A stretch of 64,000 bases of DNA from Mobula hypostoma (lineage: Eukaryota): positions 80,788,001 through 80,852,000 of the forward strand of contig NC_086097.1 in the NCBI RefSeq assembly GCF_963921235.1, read 5' to 3'. The translations under genes were made by a program, and so were the position numbers. The notes under the pieces were generated by a model. It did not search any database, was not told the origin of the DNA, and worked only from the letters and a program-made list of their open reading frames with translations. This document shows positions 1-12,837 of the stretch, in pieces. The stretch's first letter is position 1. Each line of letters starts with the position of its first letter.

Positions 1-970
1 TTAAACCTTTGCCCTCTAGTTTTTGATTCGCTTTCTCTGAGAAAGAAAAAGAAAAGATAGATTCCTCGATCCCAAAAGGTGATAGGTGAGGCCTCTACTT
101 ATACCACACCAACATAAATGGAAAACCGGTCAAGGATTGTTTTGGAGCATTGTTACATTTAAGAACATCTTTTGGTCAAGAATTATTTTCTTCGAATTGT
201 ATTGATTTTGTAATAATTTAAAATGAGCTCACTAAATTTGAAGAGAATCACCTCAGCAACATGAGGTTTGGAAGTGAGTGGAACTGCTTTGAGGTCCCAT
301 GTGCCATCACGTGGAATATCGCTCCCCCATAAGGTCACTTAGTAGGAATCCACTCAGCCTTACAGCACTGTAGTGATTATACCCAAGCAAAAAGTATCCG
401 TTGCCAAGAGCCTCTAACCAGGGGTGGTGTTCAGCTTGAAATGACTAGCCCTTTTAAAGAAAGTAGTTGGTGGTTAAGCCTTTAGCTTGCTGTGCAACAT
501 GAAGTTATAGAGTAAAGGAATATATATATTTTGGGGTCAGCCATCCTTTCTACAAGGCAGATATGGGCCTCTTCAGTTGAATAGGAGTATCAGCCTGATC
601 CAGTGTGAAATATGGAACCATACAGTGACTGTTGCATAAGAGAAAACATTAATTTGAGGCTGTGAAGAATGTTTTATTTGCCGCAAGGAAAGCCTAAATT
701 TAATCAGAATTAAGCGAGATTTTCTGCAATTTTTTTCTGTACATTTAATCATTCTCTGCTCTATAAAGCAGTCTGGTGATAAGCACTTTGCCTCTTCATT
801 ATCTATCTGAATGATCTCAGTTGGCAGAAGCCTGGCACAGATGGTACAGAGCTGGCAGAATGTACACCTCTGTGTACAAGAAGTGGATCTGTCCATCTTA
901 AAACTGTTTGGGCTGAGATTTTGAAAAGAAAAAAAAAATCATTTTGGCTACTTGTTTATCATTGTACTTA

Positions 971-1512
971 CATTCTGTGGCCACTTTATTTAGCACCTCT
1001 TATACCTAATAAAATACCCACTGTGTATGTTTGTGGTCTTCTGCTGCTGGAGCCCGTCCACCTGAAGGTTTGACGTATTGTGCATTCAGCACACCATTGT
1101 TATAACATGTCATTATTTGAGTTACTGTCACCTTCCGGTCAGCTTGAACCAGTCCCGACTTTCTGCTCTGACCTCTCTCATTAATAAGGCATTTTCACCC
1201 ACAGAACTGCTGCTCGCTGGATGCTTTGTTTCTCGCACCATTCCCTGAAAAACCTTAGAGATTGTTGTGCATGAAAATACCGGAGATCAGCAATTTCTGA
1301 AGTACTCAAACCACCCCTTCTAGCACCAAGAATCATTTCATGGTCAGATTCACTTAGATCACATTTCTTCCCTATTCTGCTGTTTTGTCTGAACAACTGA
1401 ACCGTTCGACTATGTCTAAATGCTTTTATGCCTTGAGTTTCTGCCACATGATTGGCTGGTTAGATATTTGCATTAGTGAGCAGGTGTACCCTAATAAAGT
1501 GGCTACTGAGTG
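971..1512 (-). mobile_element. Internally deleted Tc1/mariner DNA transposon
   Basis: Imperfect TIRs (cattctgtggccactttatt ... aataaagtggctactgagtg) flanked by TA at 969-970 and 1513-1514. ORF 1181..1447(-) contains GKKCDLSESDHEMILGARRGGLSTSEIADL, resembling a Tc1 transposase N-terminal HTH. Confidence 0.85.
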
Positions 1513-2549
1513 TATGTTACTATCAGATGACTGAATATCAGAGATGTTTAAAGGTTAACTTATATATTAACCCAAATACTGTGCATTTTGTCTAAAATTT
1601 ACTGAGATCAGAGTGCATTATGGAAAATGGCCTCCGATGTAAACTTTGTGGCTGATGTGTGATCCTTGTGTGCAAAGTTAATAAACACCACATACTCTTA
1701 GGGAAATCAGCAATGGTTTAAGATTGTTTCTGCCTCTGTGTTCCCTTTGTGAAAGAAATTAAACTTGCCACTCTTAAGTCACCTCTACAACACATTTGGA
1801 AGAGAAAATTTCTTCACAGCTAGAAGATACGCAGGACACAATCCCAGTACAAACTTACAACAATGCAACTCCCAAGCTCCTTGAGATCTTGATAGGATGC
1901 CTCTGACTTCAGACCAATAAGTAAGGCTGGGCTTGACCTTATTCACTTATTGCCTGCCTGGATCTTCCATTGAATAATGAAAAACAAGTTCTATAATTGG
2001 GCAGAAAAGTATCATTTTGTTTAAGGCTGCCCTGGCTGGGGTTAGGTAGAAGCTACTGATCCACTATATCTGCAGTGGCGGTCCATTCCTAAAAGAGAGT
2101 AAGATATGTACATTTAAAGCATGATGACAAGTATTCACACTTGCAACATTTAATAAAAGCCTATTTATAAGGTGGCTGATGGTTTGTCAAACTTTATTGA
2201 AGTTATTATTGAAATGATATCAACTCTAAGCAGTAGGGTATAAATTCCAAATTCAATCCTTTTTCATGATAAAGATGTGTATCATCAATATAGTAACCAA
2301 TTTTAATAGGGTTTTAATAGATACTAGATGTGCTATCTACAATTTCCCCATAATGGTGGCTCTGATTCTTTATGTAATCTTTATATATTGTTGCCATATT
2401 CAAAATAAAACTAATACTGTTCACAGCAATGTTAATACTCCAAATGCAGGTCACTTTGCCCACAATGTTGTGCTAAATTAATTACATTAGGATTCAAATG
2501 CCCAACTAAGCTAATCATTTCTGCCTGCATAAAATTTATAACGTTTATA

Positions 2550-3200
2550 TTCTTCTATTACATGCATATTCACATATTTATCTAAGACCCTCTTAAATGC
2601 CTCTATTTTATTTGCTGGCACTATCACCCCAGGCATTCTAGGCACCCACAGCTCTTTGGGCCCCACACATCTCCTTTGAACTTACCCCTCTCACCTGAAC
2701 TGCATGCCCTCCGGTATTAGATATTTCAGATCCGGGAAAGAAGATACTGGCAGTCTACTGTATCTATGCCTCTCATCATCTTATAACCCTCAAACAGATC
2801 CCACCCCCTCCCCCGCCCACCCAACCAGCCTCTGCAGTTCTAGAGAAAATAAACCAAGTTGTCCATCCTCTCCATATAGCACATGGCCTCTAATCCAGGC
2901 AGCATCCTGGTAAACCTCTTCTGCACCCTCTCCAGAGCCTTGACATCCTTCCTCTAATATGATGAATAAAAAGGCATCCGTTAGTCTTGCGAGACCATGG
3001 ATCTGCGCCTGGAAAGTCTTCACTCTCCAGGGCGCAGGCCTGGGCAAGGTTGTATGGAAGACCAGCAGTTGCCCATGCTGCAAGTCTCCCCTCTCCACGA
3101 CACCAATGTTGTCCAAGGGAAGGGCATTAAGACCCATACAGCTTGGCACCAGTGATGAATAGAAATGAATATAGTGCTCCAGATGTGGCCTAAATGAAGT
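2550..3200 (-). mobile_element. Degraded CR1 LINE 3' fragment, interrupted at 2969-3152
   Basis: Antisense CR1 ORF2 C-terminal sequence (atccaggcagcatcctggtaaacctcttctgcaccctctcc; ctccagatgtggcctaa), matching other CR1 copies in the window. Ends approximate. Confidence 0.7.
2969..3152 (-). mobile_element. Short retroposon insertion, probably RTE-related and non-autonomous
   Basis: 9-bp direct repeat tgatgaata at 2960-2968 and 3153-3161. Internal similarity (cccctctccac...tccaag...atacagcttggcaccag) to the element at 28877-29545. Confidence 0.6.
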
Positions 3201-3577
3201 TTATTTGAGGCAATTTGAATTGGGCATGAATTATTTTGATAATTATACAGGTACTCTTAAGTATTTGGTTTGAGTTATAATGCAGCAGAATGGCAATATA
3301 ATTATAAATAAATATTTAAACATCTTAAAATTATCCAATAAATGGAAGTTAAGTTCCTTCTGGTACTGACCAGGAAAGTAATATCTGTGCTGATTCAGAA
3401 ATGAATATAAATGATTTAGCTCTCTTCCTCATAGAACATGGACTGTGCTGTGAAATACCACATATTCATAGGAATTTTGCCTAAAATATTTGGGTTGCTC
3501 TTTGTGTGCAACTACCAGTGGCTTTGAATGGAACCATCAACATTTTTGCAATGGAACAGCAATAATAAGAGTTTAGA

Positions 3578-3870
3578 CACCATAAGATTTAGGAGCAGAA
3601 TTAGGCCACTTGGCCCATTGGACTGCTTTGCCATTCAATCATGGCTGATCTTTTTTTCTTCAACCCCATTTTCTCACTATCTCCTCGTGACCTTCAACCC
3701 TTTACCATTCAAGAACCTGTCAATCTCTACCTTAAATATACCTCCTGACTTGGCCTGCACAACCTTCCATAGCAATAATTCATCACCCTGAAAAAAAATC
3801 CTCCTCACTTCTGTTTTAAAGGGTTGTCCCTTCAGATGTCTCTGAAGCTGTGCCTTCAGATCTGAATTTC
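3578..3870 (-). mobile_element. CR1 LINE 3' end
   Basis: cataagatttaggagcagaattaggcca tail. ORF 3677..3904 reads KGQPFKTEVRRIFF...IFKVEIDRFL, a CR1 ORF2 C-terminus. Confidence 0.8.
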
Positions 3871-3974
3871 TCAGTATCTGGCTGCCTTCATAGTTCAACA
3901 TCAAGTTTACAATTAACAGTCTTGTTATGAAGAAAATGCATATTTCTTAATTGAACTAAATTCTCAAATATGCC

Positions 3975-4405
3975 TTGTGGTGAAAACTGCCCAGCGGATT
4001 ATCGGCACCCAATTGCCCACCATTGAGAACACCTACCATAAACACTGCCTGGGCAGGGCGAAAAGCATTATCAAGGATGCATCTCACCCTGACGATGGAC
4101 TTTTTACTCTCCTCCCATCCGGTAGGCGCTACAGGAGCCTCATCTCCCGCACCAGCAAGCACAGGAAGAGCTTCTTCCCTGAGGCTGTGACACTGCTGAA
4201 CCTCTCATCACAGCGCTAAGCAGTATTGCATCCGTATTGTACTGTCTCAGTACTTTTATATTTGTGTGCTGTAGCACTTTTTTTATTGGCAGTTATTTTG
4301 TAAATAACACTATTCTTTGCATTTCTGGTCAGAAGCTAAATGCATTTCATTGGCTTTGTATCTGTACTCGGAACAATGACAATAAAGTTGAATCTAATCT
4401 AAATC
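3975..4405 (+). mobile_element. Rex1/Babar-type LINE 3' end
   Basis: ORF VKTAQRIIGTQLP...IIKDASHP...LLPSGRRYRS...SFFP, followed by an aataaagttgaatctaatctaa tail. Confidence 0.8.
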
Positions 4406-4789
4406 AAACTGGACTCTTATATTACAATAAATTTCTATCGGCTGCGTTATCCTGGACTGCCTTCTGTCCAGATTTACAGCTCACAGTCCCTGTCTGTTCA
4501 CTGTTGCCTCTTTGGGTAGCTGACCAACTGAGTTTCCATACAAACAGACATCCAGCAAGGAGACCCATGCTCTTGGGAGACTAGACTTACGTCAGCACAG
4601 CCTCTGAATAGCATATTCAGAATTGTTGCCTGGTGAGTTGAAATTAAAATGCCAACAAATAATTAAAGACAATGAAGTTAAAAATAGCACATTTTCTGCT
4701 GGGTCAGTGATTACCTTCAGATGCATTTTAATGCAGCCCTCCGTGACAATAAGCAAGCCACCTGATGTGAACTGTATCCAAACTGGCAT

Positions 4790-5203
4790 GGAGGCCCCAA
4801 TGCACTGGATTGAAAAACGAGGCAGAGAGTTGTAGACTCAGCCAGCTACGTCATGGATACAGCCCTCCTCACCATTGAGAACATCTTCAAAAGGCAGTGC
4901 CTCAAGAAGGCAGCAGCCATCATTAAGAACCTGCACCATCCAGGGCATGCCCTCTTCTCATCACTACCATCAGGGAGGAGGTACAGGAGACTGAAGATCC
5001 ACACTCAACATTTTAGGAAGAGCTTCTTCTCCTCTGTTGTCAGATAATTGGACGGTCCATGAACTCGTGATCATGACCTCTCTATTGTCTATATGTATTT
5101 CTTATTGAAACCTACAGTATTTTATGTATTGCACTGTACTGTTGCTGCAAAGCAACAAATTTCACGACATATGTCAGTCTTAATAAATCTGATTCTGATT
5201 CTG
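4790..5203 (+). mobile_element. Rex1/Babar-type LINE 3' end
   Basis: HHPGHALFSSLPSGRRYRRLK motif and aataaatctgattctgattctg tail. Confidence 0.8.
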
Positions 5204-6049
5204 AAGATGCATACGTCAGGATGCTCTTCATTCATTACAGCACACCGTTCCACACCATCAGACTAATTACTAAGCTCTAAGAACTAGTCCTCAATAACTC
5301 CCTGTGCAATTGGATCCTTACTTTCTTCACTTGCAGACCCAGCAAAGGCACGCCACCAAAAGCAAAAGATGTGCTTAGCCCCCTGCTCAACTCACTTGAT
5401 ACCTATAGTTGTATGGTTAAGTCATGCCATATGCCATATTTAAGATAGCTGATGAAATTACTGGCTGAATCTAATGCAGTGACAAATCTTTATTTTCCTG
5501 TAAATGCCTGCAAGAAAATGAATCTCAAGGTAGTATAATGCTTTGATAATAAATTTACTTTGAACTTTCAGCTTTGATTCTAATTCTCTCTTTGTCGATC
5601 TGCTTTGTTGGTCTCAGTGAGGGGTCCAACAATGGAAAGGGCAGTTAGACGCACTGGCTTACGAACTCCAGTACACCCTTTTTCTCCTGGTTGACATTCT
5701 CTTTCTGGGTCTGATTCCATTTGTGCCTGTTTTGGTGTCTCATCAAAGCACCCATGGAAGAGGGGGAAAAATAATCCTACAACTTTTGACACACTTTTGG
5801 AAAGTGCCAATGGACTGCAAGTACCAAAATACTGCAAATTCTGGAAATCTGATACAAAAACTGAAGAAACTAAGAAAACTTTGGAGGTTGGGCACTATAT
5901 TTAGAGGGAGAACAGATCTAAAGTTTGTTATACCACCCTACAATGCAAGGTTTTTTTTCAATTGCTGCAGCCAGGGCAGCAGAGGGGAGGAGCCAGGCAC
6001 TTCTTCAAAAGATGTTTCTGATTAGCCAAGTATGTGGGAACTCCAGTGC

Positions 6050-8328
6050 TACTACTCAGAAAGGTTTAAATTCAAGTGTCAGGGGAATGGGGACCACAGC
6101 AACAAGACAATAGGTGGAGGATTTGGGCAAAAAAGATAGTATGACAATTAAGACTACAAGAAAGGATACTAAGAAGGCAAGTTTATAAACACCCTGGATC
6201 TGATGGGTTAAGTGTGTTTATTTTGATGCTCAAAGTATTATGGATAAAGAGGATGAATTTAGAGCCTGGAGAACTTAGATTACATGGAATTATGATGTTG
6301 TTGCCAATACAGAGACATGGTTGGGTGAGGGACAAGACTGGCATCTCAACGTTCTTTGGTTTCACTATTACAACATGATTAGGGAGAATGTCACAGTACT
6401 CAGAGAGGACACACTGGAAGGTACCTCTATGGAGGGAATTTGGGCGGAGCTCTGAAGTAGGAAAGGTACAGTTACACTAGTGGGATTATACTATGGACTC
6501 TGCAATAGCCACTGAGAAGTGGAGAGACAGACGTGTAAACAGATCAAGGAAAGATGCAGAAACAACAGGGTTATCATAGTGGGGGATTTTAACTTCCCTT
6601 GTATTGAAAATTAATCTCAGGGTTGCACATGCTGACATTTATGTACTTTGATAGTACATTTACTTTGAACTTCCTCAATACAAGAGACTTAGATGGTGCA
6701 GGATTTCTTAGTGGTTTCAAGGGGGGTTCTCAAAACAGTATGTGGACGGTCCAACTCGAGGAGAAAGTATACTGCCCCTGGAAATGAATTGATACGTGCT
6801 CACAACTGTTTTAAGATAATATGAGTAATGATAAAATCAGATCATGCAGGAAGGTACTAAATAGGGCAAGGCCAATTACAGCAGGATAAGACAGAAGCTA
6901 AGGAGTGTTGATGGGAGCAGGTGCTGTCAGTGAAGTCCACATCAGACATGCAGGAGTTGTTTAAAGACCAGCTGATCAGAGTTCAGGATCAGCATGTTCT
7001 GGTAAGGAGTAAGGACAAGGATGGTAAGGGAAGGGAACCTTAGGTAACCCAAATGGTCCTAAATTTAGTCAGGAAATGCAAGGAAGCATGTAAAATTTAG
7101 GAAACTAAAATCAAAATGTGTCCTTATGGAATATAAAAATAGCAGGAAAGTGCTGAATCGGATGATTAGGAAGGCCACAAGGAGCTACGGAAAGTCTTTG
7201 GTTTGCAGGGTCAAGGATAATCCTGATGCATTTTATACTTGTATTAAGAAAAAGAGGATAATTAAGGAGCAGGTAGCTCCATTCAAGAGTAAAGGAGAGA
7301 ATTTGTGCTTGGAGTCAGAGTAACTGGCTGAGGTACTAAAAGAGTGTTTTGAGTTGGTACTTGCTGAGGAGAAGGATTTGGAGGATATTGAGAACAGAAT
7401 GGGGCATACGAATGTGCTGGAATATTTAGAGATTAAGGAGAGGGTAGTGCTGAGTCTTCTGAAAGACATCAAGCTGGATAAGTCCCAGCACCTGATGACA
7501 AACATTCCAGAATATTAAAAGTAGAAAGTGAGGAGATTCCTGGGGCTTTGACAAAGATCCTGGTCCTCGCTGGCAGCAGGTAAGATCCAGAGTACCAAAT
7601 ATGCCTTCATTAAAGAAGGGAAATGGAGATAATGCAGATAATTATAGGCCATTGATTCTCAGCTCAGTGGTAGGGAAGCTACTGGAGAGTATACTGAAGG
7701 ATAGGATTTATGCCCATTTGGAAAGGCCTGGCCTGCTTAAACCTGATTTATACTTCTGCGTCAACTCGACGCCGTAAGTACTGCATCGCCGCAAAACCTA
7801 CGCAGAGCCGACGCGGATCCCTATGCCAGAGCCTGACACGCTCCTCTCCGAAAATGTAACTACGCGTTGTGGCAACGCAAAACACAACAGCTGTGATTAG
7901 TCCGCTTGGTAGCATTGCATTTCCTCCTAGGCTGCAACAGCTTCCTATTGGGCGACTGAAGGGCAGGAACTCTGACTGCAATGTTTTCCATACAGCTTTA
8001 CAGAGCTCCAAAATTATGGAGGGGACATTTCGCTTTTACGGAAAAAGACGCTCACTTTAAACTTGTTTACCCCGAGAAAGACTACCATGACCATGAAGCC
8101 TCGCACGGGCAGATGTGTGTGCATGCATGACGTGCCCGAATTGCAGAGTGATGCAGACACACCAAAGCACAAGTATAAATGCTCACAACGCGCGTAGGCC
8201 ACTTGTGTAGGTTACGGCGTCGAGTTGACGCAGAAGTATAAATCAGGCTTTAGGGACAATCAGCATGGCTTTGTGCAGGGCAGGTCATGCTTTATAAAAT
8301 GATCAAGTTTTTTTAGGAGGTGACAAAG
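6050..8328 (+). mobile_element. Old degraded CR1 LINE (endonuclease to RT), host of a Harbinger MITE
   Basis: Endonuclease-like segments (gttgccaatacagagacatgg, gtgggggattttaacttccc), ORF VKDNPDAFYTCIKKKR and the RT segment cagcatggctttgtg. Ends approximate. Confidence 0.75.
7740..8249. mobile_element. PIF/Harbinger-type MITE (510 bp)
   Basis: 38-bp TIRs at 7740-7777 and 8212-8249 (A[A/G]CCTGATTTATACTTCTGCGTCAACTCGACGCCGTAA, 1 mismatch). TTA duplication at 7737-7739 and 8250-8252. Removing the element restores the host CR1 (gcctgctta|gggacaatcagcatgg). Confidence 0.9.
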
Positions 8329-9010
8329 AATCAGAATCAGATTTCATATCATCGGCATATGTTGTGAAATTTGTTTACTTTATAGCAGCAGTACAATAAA
8401 ATACATGATAAATAAATATAGAGAAAAAATGAGTTACATGAAGTAACTGGAGATTGTATGTCTATAAAATTGTTAAGTTAAAATAAATAGCGCAAAAAAA
8501 CAGGAATCAAAAGGTAGTGAGGTAGTGTTCATGGGTTCAATGTCCATTTAGAAATCAGATGGCAGAGGGGAAGAAGCTGTTCCTGAATCGCTGAGTGTGT
8601 GCCTTTAGGCTTCTGTACCCACTTCTCGATGGTAACAATGTGAAGAGGGCATGTCCTGGATGGTGGGGATCCTTAATGATGGACATCGCCTTCCTAAGGC
8701 ACAGCTCCTTGAAGATATCTTGGATACCACGGAGGCTAGAACCTATGAAGGAGCTGACTGATTTTACAAGTTTTTGCAACTTATTTTGATCTTGTGCAGT
8801 AGCCCCACCCCTTACCCGGCGGTGATGCTGCCGGTCAGAGAGCTCTCCATGGTACACTTGTACAAGTTTTCGAATGTGTTAGTTGACAAAACAAATCTTC
8901 TCAACGCTGAATGAAGTACAGCTGCTCTCTTGCTTCTTGTCATTATGTTGCGTCCAGGTTAGGTCCTCAGACATGTTGACACCCAGGAACTTGAAATTGC
9001 TCTCTCTATT
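8329..9010 (-). mobile_element. Rex1/Babar-type LINE 3' portion
   Basis: aatcagaatcag tail. ORFs read IIKDPHHPGHALFTLLPS...FRNSFFPSAI and FKFLGVNMSEDLTWTQH. Confidence 0.8.
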
Positions 9011-10127
9011 CATTTTCATCAAATGACTGTAAACAATAGTGCAATGACAAATAAATTTTAAAATATTCATATCATCCAATAAAACTAGCGGAATTTCCCT
9101 TCCAAACATTGCTTTATTCGTAAGATCAATTGTTTCTCTCTTTGCTAGCCTTCACAAAATACTTAAATAATTAACAGTAAACATACGAATTTCATTTACT
9201 TAATATCCTGAATATCAATATGTTGCATCCATAGGAGCTTGAAGAGGCTTTTAGATATTCACATGAATCCGAAAGGAATAGAGGAATATGGTGAAAAAAA
9301 CAGGAAGACCTTTAGCAAAAATTGGCAGCAGATCAGTCCAACACTGTGCTGCACCATTGCGTGTGATATGTTTGAGTATATCATGATCAATAATAATTTG
9401 AGACTTTCAGATGACGGTTAAATATTCTTACCATTAATAATACAATCTCAAATCTTTATCCACACAGAATACTTGCATTCTTCAAACATGTGCAAGGTGG
9501 CAAACCCTGTAGCAAAACTGGAATACAAAGATGATAAACAACTTCATCACAAAATGACTCTGGAGCAGAATTTCCTTCAACATGAAATTGTTTTAACACC
9601 CCAAACTACTGTTCACTGCAGGAACCAATTTCATAGCCTTTCTTTCGGGCACAAAGGTTCTTCAATCTCACTGGAGATTACATGGCTTTCAAGAAGGAGT
9701 CACAGTGTCAAATTTCAGAGAGCCCACTAATCAATTCGCCTAACTCAGTCAGTTACAGATCTCAGCAAAACTCCCAAGGGATGTATAGGGTAAATTTGTG
9801 ACTTGACAAGCGGGATAAAGAAAGAAAGAAAGTGAAATTGTAGATAACCTGAGATTTCTTCAGCCACAAGGAGGCATTGATAGCAGTCCGGCTATAAATT
9901 ACCTCCTCTATTGCTAGAGGGTGGGAAAGCTGGATCACAATTTTATGTCAAGTTGGGTGGAGCAAGAAAGAAGCAAGGAGAGACTAGAACCCATGGAATA
10001 TTGTGTTGATCCTAATGGTCCGAAGCAAGAGAAATGCATCTCAAAGGGTGGTACAGAGAAACAAAACCATCTATGGAGCATTATATCCATTCAGATATGA
10101 CTGGGAAATATAAGGTTCTTTCTTTTG

Positions 10128-11870
10128 AAACATAGAAACATAAAAAATAGGTGCAGGAGTAGGCCATTCGGCCCTTCGAGCCTGCACCACCATTTATTAT
10201 GATCATGGTTGATCATCCAACTCAGAACCCTGCACCAGCCTTCCCTCCATACCCCCTGATCCCCGTAGCCACAAGGGCCATATCTAACTCCCTCTTAAAT
10301 ATAGCCAATGAACTGGCCTCAACTGTTTCCTGTGGCAGAGAATTCCACAGATTCACCACTCTCTGTGTGAAGAAGTTTTTCCTAATCTCGGTCCTAAAAG
10401 GCTTCCCCTTTATCCTCAAACTGTGACCCCTCGTTCTGGACTTCCCCAACATCGGGAACAATCTTCTTGCATCTAGCCTGTCCAATCCCTTTAGGATTTT
10501 ATACGTTTCAATCAGATCCCCCCTCAATCTTCTAAATTCCAATGAGTACAAGCCTAGTTCATCCAGTCTTTCTTCATATGAAAGTCCTGCCATCCCAGGA
10601 ATCAATCTGGTGAACCTTCTTTGTACTCCCTCTTATGGCAAGGATGTCTTTCCTCAGATTCGGGGACCAAAACTGCACACAATACTCCAGGTGTGGTCTC
10701 ACCAAGGCCTTGTACAACTGCAGTTGTACCTCCCTGCTCCTGTACTCGAATCCTCTCGCTATAAGTGCCAGCATACCATTCGCCTTTTTCACCGCCTGCT
10801 GTACCTGCATGCCCACTTTCAACGACTGGTGTATAATGACACCCAGGTCTCGTTGCACCTCCCCTTTTCGTAATCGGCCACCATTCAGATAATAATCTGT
10901 TTTCCCATTTTTGCCACCAAAGTGGATAACTTCACATTTATCCACATTAAATTGCATCTGCCATGAATTTGCCCACTCACTCAACCTATCCAAGTCACCC
11001 TGCATCCTCTTAGCATCCTCCTCACAGCTAACACTGCCGCCCAGCTTCGTGTCATCCGCAAACTTGGAGATGCTGCATTTAATTCCCTCATCCAAGTCAT
11101 TAATATATATTGTAAACAACTGGGGTCCCAGCACTGAGCCTTGCGGTACCCCACTAGTCACTGCCTGCCATTCTGAAAAGGTCCCCTTTATTCCCACTCT
11201 TTGCTTCCTGTCTGCTAACCAATTCTCTATCCACATCAATACCTTACCCCCAATACCGTGTGCTTTAAGTTTGCACACTAATCTCCTGTGTGGGACCTTG
11301 TCAAAAGCCTTTTGAAAATCCAAATATACCACATCCACTGGTTCTCCCCTATCCACTCTACTAGTTACATCCTCAAAAAATTCTATGAGATTCGTCAGAC
11401 ATGATTTTCCTTTCACAAATCCATGCTGACTTTGTCCGATGATTTCACTGCTTTCCAAATGTGCTGTTATCACATCTTTGATAACTGACTCCAGCAGTTT
11501 CCCCACCACCGACGTTAGGCTAACCGGTCTATAATTCCCCGGTTTCTCTCTCCCTCCTTTTTTAAAAAGTGGGGTTACATTAGCCACCCTCCAATCCTCA
11601 GGAACTAGTCCAGAATCTGACGAGTTTTGAAAAATTATCACTAATGCATCCACTATTTCTTGGGCTACTTCCTTAAGCACTCTGGGATGCAGACCATCTG
11701 GCCCTGGGGATTTATCTGCCTTTAATCCCTTCAATTTACCTAACACCACTTCCCTACTAACATGTATTTCGCTCAGTTCCTCCATCTCACTGGACCCTCT
11801 GTCCCCTACTATTTCTGGTAGATTATTTATGTCCTCCTTAGTGAAGACAGAACCAAAGTAATTATTCAAT
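10128..11870 (-). mobile_element. Young 5'-truncated CR1 LINE (RT domain plus 3' UTR)
   Basis: 431-aa ORF with NYRPVSLTS, QHGF..GKSCLTNL, YLDFQKAFDKV, GVPQGSVLGP and KFADDTKL. One frameshift leads into ORF 10222..10605. (tttctatg)n-type tail near 10128-10145. Confidence 0.95.
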
Positions 11871-12100
11871 TATGATTACCTATCATCCCATGAACCTCTT
11901 CATCCAGCACATCATCCTTCGCAACTTCCACCAACTTCAATGGGACCTACTTCCAAACAAATCTTTACTTGACCCCACTCCGGTTTTCCACGGGGATTGC
12001 TCTCCCTGTGATTCCCTTATCCCTGCAAGTCACAGCACTGATCTCCCTCCTGAAATTTATCCCTGCAAGTGGAAGAAGTGCTACACCTGCCCAGTCACCT
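11871..12100 (+). mobile_element. Penelope-like element internal fragment (RT-to-GIY-YIG linker, Neptune-like)
   Basis: Translation ITYHP..L.IQHIILRNFHQLQWD...YPCKWKKCYTCP matches the PLE linker with its C-x4-C-x2-C motif. Confidence 0.7.
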
Positions 12101-12837
12101 CTTTGCAGGATGGCCATTGTTGGGAGTAGGCCTGTGTTGAGTGTAGGAGTGTCAGGCTTTGGCTTGAAAGTGGCATTGGGCTCTGGGTAAGTTTCTGTTA
12201 AGATTCCCTTTTTTTTCTCTTACTGTACCTAGTGTAGTAATTGGCCATTGCATGTTCTTCATGCTGGATGTTGGAGTTCTAGGAGACCCAGAGTCTCCCA
12301 GGGAACTACATCTGTGTGAAGTGTATCCGATTGCAGCTTCTTGAAGACCATGTTAGGGATCTGGAGCAGCAGCTGGATGACCTTTGGCTTGTACAGGAGA
12401 GTGAGAAGATAATTGATCAGAGTTACAGGGAAGTAGTCAACCCTAAGTTGCAGGAGGCAAGTAGCTGGGGACTGTCAGGAGAAATGGAAAGGTCAATAGG
12501 CAGTTAGTGCAGAGCACCCCTGTGGTCATTCCTCTCAGTAATAGGTATACCATTTTGGATACTGTTGTGGGAGGTTGACCTCCCAGGGGAATGCCATGGA
12601 GACCGGACTACTGGCACTGAGCATGGGTCAGTGGTGCAGAAGGAAAAGAGGGAGAAGAGGGGAGCGGTAGTGTTAGGGGACTCAATTGTCAGGGGAACAC
12701 AGGAGATTCTGTGGATGTGAATGAGAAACTGGAATGGTACGTTGCCTCCTGGGTGCCAAGGTTAGGGACATCTTAGATTGTGACTACAGCAGTTTGGACG
12801 GGACATGGGGGAGAGCAGCGAGATGTCTTTGGTACAT

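Noticed and set aside
573..896. Cys-rich 107-aa minus-strand ORF (MDRSTSCTQRCTFCQLCTIC...) preceded by a pyrimidine tract
   Set aside because: No domain or family I recognise and no supporting neighbouring exons. It would need BLAST or RNA-seq support to be called.
10610..11315. Plus-strand ORFs of 85-134 aa, and similar ones at 21555, 49908, 57786 and 63578
   Set aside because: Antisense shadow ORFs of LINE reverse transcriptase sequence, not genes.
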